From Salinispira sp. (GTDB lineage: Bacteria > Spirochaetota > Spirochaetia > DSM-27196 > Salinispiraceae): 64,000 nt of DNA. Below are positions 9,875 to 20,001 of the stretch, piece after piece. Numbering within the stretch: the first letter of the stretch is position 1; each line of letters opens with the position of its first letter. The notes beneath the pieces are model-generated. The model was not told where the DNA came from, searched no databases, and saw only the letters and a list, made by a program, of their open reading frames with translations. The stretch covers positions 192,001 to 256,000 of the forward strand of contig CBDDDG010000014.1 of assembly GCA_965226555.1 (NCBI GenBank). Reading direction: 5' to 3'. The position numbers and the translations under genes were made by a program.

Positions 9875-11041
9875 TAATGCGATCCGTTCCGCAATGTCCG
9901 AATTTCCTCATCGCTCAGCCCCGTAATTCTCTGAACAGCCTCTGTCGACAAGCCTTCCGAAAACATACTGCGAGCGTTTTTTCTCCGCTCCTCAATATGC
10001 CCCTCCGCGCGACCTTTCAGAATACCTTTCTCAATGCCCTCAGCCCTGCCCTTTGTGATACCCTGATCAAGACCTTCAATCCGGCCCTTCAGAACGCCTT
10101 TCTCCATGCCCTCAGCCCTGCCCTTTGTGATACCCTGCTCAAGACCCTCAATCCGGCCCTTCGCAATGCCTTCTCTGACGAAGGCGTTGGTAATATTATA
10201 TGTCCGCATACTGTTTTCTCCTTCAGAATATAGTTCCCTGTCAATTTTCTCAAACTGTCCATACAGTCCCAAGTCCTTCAGGTACCCTAGCACACTCTCT
10301 GCCAGATCAGTAAAGTCTTGTGATGACAGACCGTTCAGGAGCTGCGCAATCTCTTTCAGCCCCTCAGCATCCATTTCACTGAAAATTGTGCTCTGCACAA
10401 TTTTCAAATGAGGATTCTCTCATCTATACTCTTGATTCTCTCACGGTATAGAAAGTTTTTCCTAAAGGAAAAACTTTGTTATTATCTCGCATTATATACC
10501 ACAACGCAGTCGATGTATATCGTTTTTCATCGGAACGCCATGCCAACTGCTCCTTTTTCATTCGCCTCAGATCGCGCACAATGTACGACACTCTCGCCCT
10601 GACATCCACCATGGATTCGGAGGTTGTCTTTTCATGAGAACTGTAAAATGTGAGTGGGAGGTTCCATTCCTTTTTTCCGTGGTAGAGCAGAAGTATATAG
10701 ATAGCATCCCTTTCATTGTACACATTGCTGTTTCTGAGGGCATGCTGATAATTATCGATTTGAGTGAGAACGTGTTTGTGCTGGTAGCTTTTGTGTTCAA
10801 TAATAAACAGAGATTTCCGCTCGGGGTCTGACAGGAAGGGGGCGCTGACAACGAGATCGCAGAGAAGGTTCTTTTTTCCTGCAATGTAGCTGGGGGTTTC
10901 AATGCGGATTTTGTCCAGATCCAGCTTGGCAAGCGTTGTATCCTCACAGAACAGCCGCAGCAGGTCGGGAACCATACGGGGGGTTCTGTAGTAGGCGATC
11001 TTAAAAGCAATATCATGGATATTGTATCCGGCATTACTCAT
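9874..11041 (-). pseudogene. Rpn paralogue split by a 103-bp hairpin-repeat insertion; internal RpnS-like ORF 9874-10209 is intact
   Basis: ORFs 10424-11041 and 9874-10407 are colinear with 8031-9080; insertion at 10379-10481. Confidence 0.85.
10379..10481. repeat. Hairpin-repeat insertion inside the Rpn gene
   Basis: Paralogue reads CCATTTCA|TTATCTCGC; here 103 bp of repeat-family sequence lies between the halves, with no clear target duplication. Confidence 0.85.
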
Positions 11042-11228
11042 ACATACCTCCTGTTATATCTATAACGGGTAAAAAGTCATTTTTAACTATGTTTTTTGAA
11101 AGAATTTTGCAAAATTTGTGAATTTTTTTCGGGGAGTCGGGAATGGCGGGCTGATATGCTCTGTGTCGATATATTTTCCGCTCATACTATATAGACGGGT
11201 AAAATATGAACGGTGAATGATAAAATGA

Positions 11229-11360
11229 GAAAGTTTTTCAAAAAGTTTCTATTATTTTGAGATATTACAAATTTTTGCATTGGAAAATTGTGCTTGCACA
11301 ATTTCCAGTAGCAAAACTTCTATAAAATAGGAGAATGCTAAGCACAAAGACAGCATTCCA
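11229..11360. repeat. Hairpin repeat cluster
   Basis: TTTTGCATTGGAAAATTGTGCTTGCACAATTTCCAGTAGCAAAA plus a GAATGCT...AGCATTC hairpin. Confidence 0.8.
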
Positions 11361-11485
11361 AATGAGATATTAGCCTGATCCAGACTCATGGGCGAGCCGG
11401 ATGCTTGGGCGAGCAGCGCTGAAGCGCCGACCAGCCTAGGAGACGCGGCCTCCCCAACCAGCAACAGTCGCATGGTGAGCAATCG

Positions 11486-11520
11486 AAAAAAGGCAGGAGC
11501 GGGTTCTCCGCTCCTGCCTG
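11486..11520 (-). terminator. Rho-independent terminator
   Basis: AGGCAGGAGCGG-AGAAC-CCGCTCCTGCC followed by T6 on the minus strand, downstream of the DUF285 fragment. Confidence 0.7.
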
Positions 11521-11560
11521 AGTTGAATTGCAACATTTCAATAGCCGCTGGGCTATGAAA

Positions 11561-11810
11561 CTAAAACCATGTCGGCGGCGTTGTTACGCCAGAACCATTA
11601 AACATATTTGTTTTGTTTCCGGTATATTTGCCATTAGCATCAAGCGTCCAATGTTCCTTCCACTCCTCAAGATTCTGATTGAATGCGCTTGCGTTCAGGA
11701 ACATAGCGTCCATAGTCGTTACCGAACTGACATCCCAGCCGGAAATGTCGCGATTGAATGCGCTTGTAAAATAGAATATATTGTTCATATTCGTTACCGA
11801 ACTGACATCC
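11561..11810 (-). pseudogene. 3' fragment of a BspA/DUF285-repeat surface protein gene
   Basis: FNRDISGWDVSSVTTMDAMF...FNQNLEEW; paralogous to the end of 50025-51719; joined at about 11810 to an Rpn downstream end. Confidence 0.8.
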
Positions 11811-11828
11811 TAGGCCGAGCGGCTCCAA

Positions 11829-12461
11829 TTAATGCGATCCGTTCCGCACTGTCCGCATTTCCTCATCGCTCAGCCCGGTAATCCTCTGAACAGCCTCAGT
11901 TGACAAGCCTTCCGAAAACATACTGCGGGCCGTTTCTCGAATGCCTTCTTCACGGCCTGTCCGCAGTCCTTCCTGCCGACCTTTCAGAATGCCTTTCTCC
12001 ATGCCTTGGTTGACAAACCAATCGCTCATCTGAACTTTTTTCATCATACGTCTTTCTCCTTCGGGATTTATTTCCCTGTTGATTTTTTCAAAGCGTGTAT
12101 CCAGTTTCAAGGCCTTCATATAGAGCAGAAGGTTCGGGATCATCTCTCGGGAATTCTCTGCGGGAAGTTCCTTCAGATACTTCGCAACCTTCCGCAAGTC
12201 TTCATCGCCTGTCTTACTGACTTTCCGCATAATATAGCACAGAGCTCCCCCTGTCAACACAACTCCGTCTGACCCACGGGTAAACTCCTCCTCGCTCATC
12301 CTATTCAAATCGACCATAATAGGCCTATTGAGAACCTTTGGCCTCGCAAGGTATTTTTCCATCATTGTGTACAATTTTTCCGGTATGTGTGTATGTATAT
12401 CTTGGGAACTGTGAAAACTGAGATTTCCTTCCCATAGTGCTTCGCCATGGTACCATAACAC
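11829..12461 (-). pseudogene. N-terminally truncated Rpn gene lacking the catalytic motifs; RpnS-like ORF 11829-12047 is intact
   Basis: Begins at LWYHG; internal GAAGGAGAAAGACGT-ATG; shared C-terminus ARSMFSEGLSTEAVQRITGLSDEE. Confidence 0.75.
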
Positions 12462-12529
12462 TCTCCTCTCCCTATAGTATCGTGCTTAGAAGAGTGTCCG
12501 TTAAATCGAAGCAAGATCATTCAGGATGT

Positions 12530-12583
12530 TACCGGGCTGAGCGATGAGGAAATGCGGACAGTGCGGAACGGGTCGCATTAATT
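12530..12583 (+). repeat. Isolated copy of the Rpn 3' end in inverted orientation
   Basis: TTACCGGGCTGAGCGATGAGGAAATGCGGACAGTGCGGAACGGGTCGCATTAATT matches the reverse complement of about 11827-11881. Confidence 0.8.
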
Positions 12584-12653
12584 GGGGACAGTCCAAAAGT
12601 TTCTTGTAATGGCATGACGAGTAAAATGGAGATGCTTCATAACCAGAGTATAC

Positions 12654-14837
12654 CTATCTGGATCGTCCTCCCGATCGTCTGCGAGATCGTCCTCCCGAGT
12701 GCCCTCCGGCTCTGGATCGCGTTTCAGAATGCTTTCCCGATCGCGTTTCGGATCGCCCACCGGAATGTTTTCCTGATCGTTTTCGGGAGGATGTATGTTT
12801 ATTTCCCTTTTTCTGTGTTCGCAATAGGGAGAGAATTTCGGGAGAAATACGGGAAAACCAGTCTCTGTTCAGCGGGCTGACACTGCGGGCAAAAGTACGG
12901 GTTGTCTTGACAATCTCACCGGCCACCAGAAAATCCGGAGCATCACGGAACATGGCTGATCCGGGATGAATTTCAATGCGTTCCGCCGTAAGGCTGTGGT
13001 AGGAGGTTCTGCCGGTGCGTATGCAGATAAATTGAATCAGGCCCTTTGCAATTGAGCACATAAATGCTGCCAATAATTCTCCGCGCAGCCAACCTGCTCC
13101 GGCGCGCCCGGCGGAACCAGCACTGTCGGAGCCGACACGCGCGCCCATTTCCTCGACAATTTCACTGAGCTGCTGTTTTACATTGACAATTTCGGACATG
13201 ACCTGAAAGTCAAGATATGCTGTATCGCAGAACGCTTCACGTTTTTTTGCCGTCCTGAATTTCTGGAAGATATGGAGATAACTGACGAAATCGCCTGCGG
13301 GGTCATGGAAACGCCGGTGAGCCTCGCGGGCTGCGTTTTCTTCTCCATGAGGAAGACGGAGGGGGCTGTTGGTCGAAAGAAAGCAGACCGCAATAATTAC
13401 CTCATTGAGAACCTCAGGATAATTCCGCATTGCTTCAACAATAATACGCGAATGACGGGGGATGAGGGGAAATATGGACATCTGCGCCCCGATACTGCTG
13501 AGCGATTTGTCGCTGTTCAAGGCATCCAAATGGATGAGGGTTCTCGTGGCGCTTTCTATGGCAGCCTTTCCGGGTGAGGAAATAAAATCAAAATTTTCAA
13601 AATTCCGAATTCTAAGACCGGCCATCCGCAGGACAACCTCCGACAAATCGGTACGGTAAATTTCTTCCTGCGTGAACGGTTCCTTAAGCGCGCCATGCCG
13701 ATAGAGCCGGTAGCAATCGCCCGGCCCGGTTCGTCCTGCCCGTCCGCGCCGCTGGTCTGCCGATGCCTGCGAAATGTTTTTTTCAATGAGGCTGGAGGTA
13801 TATGTTTGGGAATTATAATAGTTGATCTTTGCCAGGCCGGAATCGATAACGGTATGTATGCCATCGATGGTAATGCTTGTTTCGGCTATGTTGGTTGCGA
13901 TAACGACCTTTATTTTGCCGGGCGGCGGAGGAAGAAAAACCCTATCTTGCTCCTCCTTACTCAGGCGGGCGTAGAGGGGAATAATGTAAAGGCGCCGATG
14001 AAAGGGCTCCGAGGAGAGGGCATGAACACAGTCCTTTATGAGTTTTTCTCCAGAAAGAAAAACGAGTATGTCTTTTCCGGCATGTTCATCGTTTTGATCT
14101 TCGGCGCTGCCGTTGGAGCCGCCATCGTAGTCGCTTATTTTTCCGGCAACAATACCAACGATACGCTCAATGAGCGATTCAGGATCCCCCGGGTTGCGGG
14201 GAGGAGCATATGTCATGTTAATGGGAAAGGTTTGGGTCTTAATGCGTACTATGGGGGCATTGTTGAAATAGCGTGAAAAAATTTCGGTTTTGATGGTGGC
14301 TGAGGAGATGATGATTTTCAGTTTTGGTCGATTTTCCAGAATCTGCTTCAGAAGTCCGAGAATAAAATCGATGTTCAGGCTGCGCTCATGAGCCTCATCA
14401 ATCATGAGTACCGAATAATTACGCAGAATGGGGTCGGCTTTAATTTCCTGAAGGAGAATGCCATCGGTCATAATTTTTATGCGCGTGCGGGGGCTGGTAG
14501 TATCCGCGAAGCGAATTTTATACGCAGCCACATCAGCGGAACTCTGCGAAAATCCGCCGCCATCACCATCATCATCAGCGCCGCCGCCATCAGCGCTGGA
14601 AAATTGACGCTGAATATAGTCTGAAATTCCCACTGCCGCAATGCGCCGGGGTTGAGTAATGCCGATAATCCCATTCCGGTCATATCCCGCTTCATGAAGA
14701 ATGATCGGCAGTTGGGTGGTTTTTCCGCTGCCGGTTGGGCTTTCAACAATAATTACCTGATGGGTTTTGAGAGTATGTAAGATATATTCCCGTTGCTGGT
14801 AAACCGGAAGTTGCTGTGATTTTATATACCCACGCAC
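12654..14837 (-). CDS. hrpA: DEAH-box ATP-dependent RNA helicase HrpA-like
   Basis: SPTGSGKTT, TQPRRIAA, DEAHERS, SAT, ATNIAETSITI, QRRGRAGR. Confidence 0.9.
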   Translation of the reverse strand: MRGYIKSQQLPVYQQREYILHTLKTHQVIIVESPTGSGKTTQLPIILHEAGYDRNGIIGITQPRRIAAVGISDYIQRQFSSADGGGADDDGDGGGFSQSSADVAAYKIRFADTTSPRTRIKIMTDGILLQEIKADPILRNYSVLMIDEAHERSLNIDFILGLLKQILENRPKLKIIISSATIKTEIFSRYFNNAPIVRIKTQTFPINMTYAPPRNPGDPESLIERIVGIVAGKISDYDGGSNGSAEDQNDEHAGKDILVFLSGEKLIKDCVHALSSEPFHRRLYIIPLYARLSKEEQDRVFLPPPPGKIKVVIATNIAETSITIDGIHTVIDSGLAKINYYNSQTYTSSLIEKNISQASADQRRGRAGRTGPGDCYRLYRHGALKEPFTQEEIYRTDLSEVVLRMAGLRIRNFENFDFISSPGKAAIESATRTLIHLDALNSDKSLSSIGAQMSIFPLIPRHSRIIVEAMRNYPEVLNEVIIAVCFLSTNSPLRLPHGEENAAREAHRRFHDPAGDFVSYLHIFQKFRTAKKREAFCDTAYLDFQVMSEIVNVKQQLSEIVEEMGARVGSDSAGSAGRAGAGWLRGELLAAFMCSIAKGLIQFICIRTGRTSYHSLTAERIEIHPGSAMFRDAPDFLVAGEIVKTTRTFARSVSPLNRDWFSRISPEILSLLRTQKKGNKHTSSRKRSGKHSGGRSETRSGKHSETRSRAGGHSGGRSRRRSGGRSR

Positions 14838-15641
14838 TTAAATGAGTGTCCGATAATCTGTGTGATCAGCTTCAACACTTTTGAAATACCTGAATGTTGC
14901 GACTGTGAGTTCGGAAGCAGCTTCTTCATCGCAAATAACGATGGCATGCCGATGAAGTTGGAGGCAGCTGGCAGTCTGGAGATGATTAACTCCATGTTCC
15001 ACAATCTGCGCAAGAGCGCGGGCCTTGCTGTGTCCATTCACGAGCAGTACAACCTCCCGGGCATCCATAATTGTACCGACTCCTACGGTCAGCGCCATTG
15101 TGGGAACAGCATCAATAGTGTTGTCAAAGAAGCGGGAATTCGCGACTCGGGTATCGTGGGTAATTGTTTTTACACGGGTGCGGGAGCTGAGGCTGCTTCC
15201 CGGCTCATTGAATGCGATATGCCCATCGCTCCCAATACCTCCGAGAAAAAGGTCTATTCCTCCGGCTTGCTGAATGGCTTTCTCATAGTTTTCACATTCC
15301 GCTTCTAAATCATCTGCCGTACCGTCGGGAATATGAGTATTTTCCATTTTTATGTCAATATGAGAAAAAAAATGTTCCCTCATGAATCTATGATAACTCT
15401 GCGGGTGTTCATGGCTGAGACCAACATACTCATCCATATTGAAGGTGCTGACATTCTGAAAACTTATAAGTCCCTTATTATGGAAATTGATGAGAGCCGT
15501 ATAGGTTCCGAGAGGAGAAGAGCCTGTGGGCAATCCGAGTACAAAGGGGCGGTCAGCAGTATGCTGCCGTATTTTTCTCATAATATATGCGGCCGCCCAG
15601 AGCCCCATATTTTCATAGCTGTCCTGTATTATTATTCGCAT
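14838..15641 (-). CDS. nagB: Glucosamine-6-phosphate deaminase
   Basis: LGLPTGSSP, FNMDEYVGL, GGIGSDGHIAFNEPGSS. Confidence 0.97.
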   Translation of the reverse strand: MRIIIQDSYENMGLWAAAYIMRKIRQHTADRPFVLGLPTGSSPLGTYTALINFHNKGLISFQNVSTFNMDEYVGLSHEHPQSYHRFMREHFFSHIDIKMENTHIPDGTADDLEAECENYEKAIQQAGGIDLFLGGIGSDGHIAFNEPGSSLSSRTRVKTITHDTRVANSRFFDNTIDAVPTMALTVGVGTIMDAREVVLLVNGHSKARALAQIVEHGVNHLQTASCLQLHRHAIVICDEEAASELTVATFRYFKSVEADHTDYRTLI

Positions 15642-16858
15642 TATATGCTCCTTCTCCCTGCTATCGGTTTTCCCGTTGCGGTTCGTTTTCGTTGTAGTTC
15701 GTTTTTTTTGAATTCGCCGTCAATTATAGTTGCAATGCATTCAAAATTCTCGTTGAACACTGCTATATCTGCTCTTCGGCCAGGGAACAGATCGCCCAGT
15801 ATGTGGTCGCGGTTCAGAATAGCTGCGGGGGTATGGGTTGCCATGAGTAAGGCATTAGTTACGGATATTCCGCATTCTACTATTTTGGCAACACCCTTAT
15901 TGAGGGTGAGGGAGGATCCGGCCATTACATTGTCGCGTGTGCGGAAAAAGACATTGTTCTCATGGAGATACACTTCTTCATTGTTTGCAAGCAGGCAGCC
16001 TTCTGTCTGTCCGGCAGGACGGATGGAATCGGTAACAAGGCATATTTTGTCTGCTGCCTTTTCCCTGAGCAGCAGTTTGATAATTGCCGGGTGCACGTGT
16101 TCCCCATCGGCAATGAGTTCGCAGGTCATTTCCGGGTGAACAAGAATGGCGCCGACCATGCCCGGATCCCTGTGCAGCATTTCACGCATGGCGTTAAAAA
16201 AGTGAGTTGAATGAGTAATACCGGCTTCCATACCTTCACGCATTTGTTCATATGTGGCGTCTGAATGCCCTGCCTGCAGTACGATGTTTTTTTTCGTGCA
16301 GTACAGCGCAAGCTCGCGCATATTCTTCAGCTCCGGCGCCACTGTCATGTTCGTGATATTGTCTCCTGCAGCCTCTACATAACGGTCCATGAGATCAATA
16401 TCAACCTTTTTCATGTATTCAGCGAGCTGCGCCCCCCGCTTTTTGGGGTTAATAAAGGGTCCTTCTAAATGCATCCCGAGAATATGCGCACCCTTCTCCT
16501 TTCCCATCGCTTCTCTCACAGCATGAATGGAGGCAAAAAAATCTTCGTCCTTTTGAGGATAGATAGTAGGGCAAAATGCGGTTACTCCGTAGTCGACAAG
16601 GGCATCGCTCATACATGTAATTGCTTCCACGCTATGATCGCTTGTTCCATGTCCATGAAGGCCATGGATATGAGTATCAATAAGTCCGGGGCTCAGGTAT
16701 GCGCCGCCAAGATCGTATAATTCAGTTCCATGAGGAAATTGTTTCTGCTCAAAGCGCTTTTTTGAGAAAACATCGGAGATGTATCCATCTTCTATACGTA
16801 TTGCACTCTGATCCAACCGGGTTATTCCGGTAAATATTGTCGCGTTATATAAAACCAT
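15641..16858 (-). CDS. nagA: N-acetylglucosamine-6-phosphate deacetylase
   Basis: PGLIDTHIHG, HLEGPF, THFFNAM, IADGEHVHP, AGSSLT. Confidence 0.95.
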   Translation of the reverse strand: MVLYNATIFTGITRLDQSAIRIEDGYISDVFSKKRFEQKQFPHGTELYDLGGAYLSPGLIDTHIHGLHGHGTSDHSVEAITCMSDALVDYGVTAFCPTIYPQKDEDFFASIHAVREAMGKEKGAHILGMHLEGPFINPKKRGAQLAEYMKKVDIDLMDRYVEAAGDNITNMTVAPELKNMRELALYCTKKNIVLQAGHSDATYEQMREGMEAGITHSTHFFNAMREMLHRDPGMVGAILVHPEMTCELIADGEHVHPAIIKLLLREKAADKICLVTDSIRPAGQTEGCLLANNEEVYLHENNVFFRTRDNVMAGSSLTLNKGVAKIVECGISVTNALLMATHTPAAILNRDHILGDLFPGRRADIAVFNENFECIATIIDGEFKKNELQRKRTATGKPIAGRRSI

Positions 16859-16916
16859 ATGATATTGATAAAACTTTCTTTATGTATGTTGACTCTATAA
16901 TTTCTGCGGAGTTTTG

Positions 16917-18131
16917 TCAATTCATATGGTGCGGTTTTTTTCGGGGACGCTCTCGGGTTGCCATATCGTAGGCATAAATTCTGTTACTTTTATCATCCGC
17001 CACCCACATGGTTGTTCCATTCGACCAGATGCCGACTGGATTATCGGGAAGACTGGCGAAATCAATTTTTGATGTATCCCGTTCTCCGCTATTCAACGTA
17101 TAGGCTGCAATTACTTCACGGTCAATATCCATCACCCACATTGTTACTCCATCCGACCAGATGCGCCAAGGATTATGCTCCGCGGTAAAACTTCCATCGG
17201 TGGCTGTCCCGTCATTTATATCATAGGCCTCAATGGGTAGTGTAGAAGTAACTTGTCCTACCCACATCGTTGTGCCATTCGACCAGATCGCCGTGAGAGC
17301 TAGGAATGTGCCGGATGCGGGGATGATTTTTGTAGCATCGTTTTCTTTGGTAATCATGTTATAGGCATAGATTATTCTATCGCCGGAATCTATTACCCAC
17401 ATTGTTGTTCCATTTGACCAGATGTCTCCGGGGTTACTATTCCCATCATCAGTAGCATCCATAGGATCTCCGGTATAAAGCGTGTTAAAATCTTTGGCCT
17501 CGTCGCGTTCCTTCGTAATCATGTTGTAGGCATAGATTTTTTTATCTACACTATCCGATACCCACATTGTTGTTCCATCCGACCAGATACCATAAGGTTC
17601 AGTATTCACGGCGGCAAGTATGAAATCGTCTCGGTGATCCCCTGCGGCAGTATATCCGTCTTTCGCATAACCATATCGGTCGTAGATCATGCCGGTTGCC
17701 CTGTTAATGCCCTCAGCATTAAAGCCGTTTTTGTCGTAGCCGTTTATGTCGTAACCAGCCGGGTTATATATCTCGCCCGTTTCGCGGTGCCGGGCTTCAG
17801 TGTCAAAGCCAGCCGCGTTAAAACCGTCTTTGTCATAGCCATTCGAGTCGTAGCCGTCTTTGTCATAGCCGTCTTCGTCATAACCGTTTCCTGCATAACC
17901 GTCTTTATCATAACCGTCTTTGTCGTAGCCGTTTCCTGCGTAGCCGTCTTTGTCGTAGCCATTCGAGTTGTAGCCGTCTTTGTCATAACCATTCGGGTCG
18001 TAGCGCGTGCCGGTCTCCTGATGAATGCCTGCGTCATTAAAGCCGTTTGCATCATACATTTCGCAGGCAACGAGAAGTACCCCCGCGATAAAAAGCCCTA
18101 TCCCTATGAGCGCATAGTGTCCTGATTTCAT
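16917..18131 (-). CDS. Repeat-rich lipoprotein (GYDKD pentapeptide repeats plus P-x-GIWSxGTTMWV repeats)
   Basis: Lipobox LVAC; paralogue of 60737-62323. Confidence 0.75.
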   Translation of the reverse strand: MKSGHYALIGIGLFIAGVLLVACEMYDANGFNDAGIHQETGTRYDPNGYDKDGYNSNGYDKDGYAGNGYDKDGYDKDGYAGNGYDEDGYDKDGYDSNGYDKDGFNAAGFDTEARHRETGEIYNPAGYDINGYDKNGFNAEGINRATGMIYDRYGYAKDGYTAAGDHRDDFILAAVNTEPYGIWSDGTTMWVSDSVDKKIYAYNMITKERDEAKDFNTLYTGDPMDATDDGNSNPGDIWSNGTTMWVIDSGDRIIYAYNMITKENDATKIIPASGTFLALTAIWSNGTTMWVGQVTSTLPIEAYDINDGTATDGSFTAEHNPWRIWSDGVTMWVMDIDREVIAAYTLNSGERDTSKIDFASLPDNPVGIWSNGTTMWVADDKSNRIYAYDMATRERPRKKPHHMN

Positions 18132-18222
18132 ACAATCACCTCCATAAAATCTTACTCATAGTATAACAGAAAGTTTTGCATTCTGCAAAACTTTATCAAT
18201 GCAAAAGTTTCTATATAGTATA

Positions 18223-19779
18223 TTAACGAGTAAAACGATTGTCAATATATTGTCTGCAGAGGTCAATTGCCGTTTCAATACTAATGTGTTCCCTGCTTTC
18301 TCTGTTTATGAGATCCCGGTAGTTAAGCAGATTTTCGGCAATTTCTGTTTCACCTGCAATAATTCCGAGGGGAATGTGTTTTTTTTCCGCATAGGCGAAT
18401 TGCTGCGCCAACTTACGCTGAACCGGATATATCTCTGTGTTGAGGCCTGCTTTTCGAAATTGGCGGGCAAGGGCAGTGTACCAAGCGAGGTGCTGTTCGC
18501 CCAACATACATATGAGCACATCCGCTGAACGGGCGCCAAAAAATGCCTGAGCCGCAATCCCACTTCCGGCATCGGACTTTGCGGACAGTTCGCCCATCGC
18601 TGCGATGAGCCGGTCAAGACCGATAGAGCTCCCCACACCGGGAAGAGGAGTTTTTGTGTATAATGATGCCAGATCATTGTAACGTCCGCCTGAACAGACC
18701 GAACCGATCTCCGGCAGATCCGTAAGAAATGTTTCATACACAATGCCGGTATAATAGTCCAGCCCGCGGGTAATTGATGGGTCAATGAGAATGTGCTGTG
18801 CGAGCGCGCCGTTGCCGCCCGCGTCCGCGCTTTCTTTGGCGCCGCCGCCCGCGTCCGCTCCGCCCGCGCTTTCAGCGTCTTCTTTGGCAAGTTTCAGAAT
18901 GCTGCGCATTCGCAGGCTGTCATCCGATTCACCGCCCGATAATTCTTCCATGCGGGCAAGAGTCCGTTCATTCCCGTCCGCGCCAGCAGCGCCCTGCCCA
19001 GTCGCTCCCGCGTCCGCGCCGCCCGAGTCCGCGCCGCCCGAGTCCGCGCCGCCCGAGTCCGCGCCGCCCCCACCAGCAACAGCGCCCCCGGCAGCAACAG
19101 CGCCCCCTGCAGCGCCTGCATCAGCCTGAATAAACTCAAGAATTTCAGCGGCAGCCTTTGTGTTTGTAATTGCGCTTAACAGTTCCCGTGTCTTATCCGC
19201 TCCAATTTTTGCCAGCTTATCCACTGCCCTGAGCACCCCGGCATGATCATCCGCATCAATTTTTTTCAGGAAACGGTTAAACATTCCCCGGTGGCTTATG
19301 CGGAAATGCGCCCTCCGCAGCCCCAATGCGCGAAACGATTCATACATGAGCTGAAGAATCTCAAAATCGGCTGCCGCGCTGTCGGCACCGACAATATCAA
19401 AATCGCACTGAATAAATTCACGATACCTGCCCCGCTGAGGATTCTCGCCCCGAAAAACCTTGGCAAAATGATACCGGCGAAAGGGCAGGTAAAGCTCATT
19501 CAGGTGCAGCGCCATATAACGGGCAAGCGGAACGGTAAGATCAAAACGCATGGCAATGTCGCGCCTGCCGCGGTCTTCAAAGCGGTATATTTGCTTGTCG
19601 GTTTCGCCTCCGCCCTTACCGAGGAGAACCTCGCTGTACTCAAGAATTGGCGTGTCGATGGGCACAAAGCCAAATCTCCGGCAGGTATCTTCGAGCGCGC
19701 GCAAAATCTGATGCCTGAAAAGCTCCTGATCAGGCAGCATATCTCTGAAACCCTTCAGGATTTGGGGGGTAATTATCAT
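18223..19779 (-). CDS. hisS: Histidine--tRNA ligase with Gly/Ala-rich in-frame insertions
   Basis: KGFRD, RFDLTVP, FRGENPQRGRYREFIQCDFD, RGLDYYTG, SGGRY. Confidence 0.95.
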   Translation of the reverse strand: MIITPQILKGFRDMLPDQELFRHQILRALEDTCRRFGFVPIDTPILEYSEVLLGKGGGETDKQIYRFEDRGRRDIAMRFDLTVPLARYMALHLNELYLPFRRYHFAKVFRGENPQRGRYREFIQCDFDIVGADSAAADFEILQLMYESFRALGLRRAHFRISHRGMFNRFLKKIDADDHAGVLRAVDKLAKIGADKTRELLSAITNTKAAAEILEFIQADAGAAGGAVAAGGAVAGGGGADSGGADSGGADSGGADAGATGQGAAGADGNERTLARMEELSGGESDDSLRMRSILKLAKEDAESAGGADAGGGAKESADAGGNGALAQHILIDPSITRGLDYYTGIVYETFLTDLPEIGSVCSGGRYNDLASLYTKTPLPGVGSSIGLDRLIAAMGELSAKSDAGSGIAAQAFFGARSADVLICMLGEQHLAWYTALARQFRKAGLNTEIYPVQRKLAQQFAYAEKKHIPLGIIAGETEIAENLLNYRDLINRESREHISIETAIDLCRQYIDNRFTR

Positions 19780-20001
19780 GAATTGGAGTCTACCGGAAGC
19801 CCGACTATTTGTACAGATGAGAAATTTTTGATTTTTGCAAAAAATTTCTCATTTTATCATTCAGCATTCATATTTATCCCGTTATATAGGTAGGAACTTT
19901 TGTATAAAGCACAATTTTCCAATAATATGATAGAAACTTTTGCATTGATAAAGTTTGGATCATGAAATGGTTTATGAAAAACACATAAGGGGGAGAGGCA
20001 G

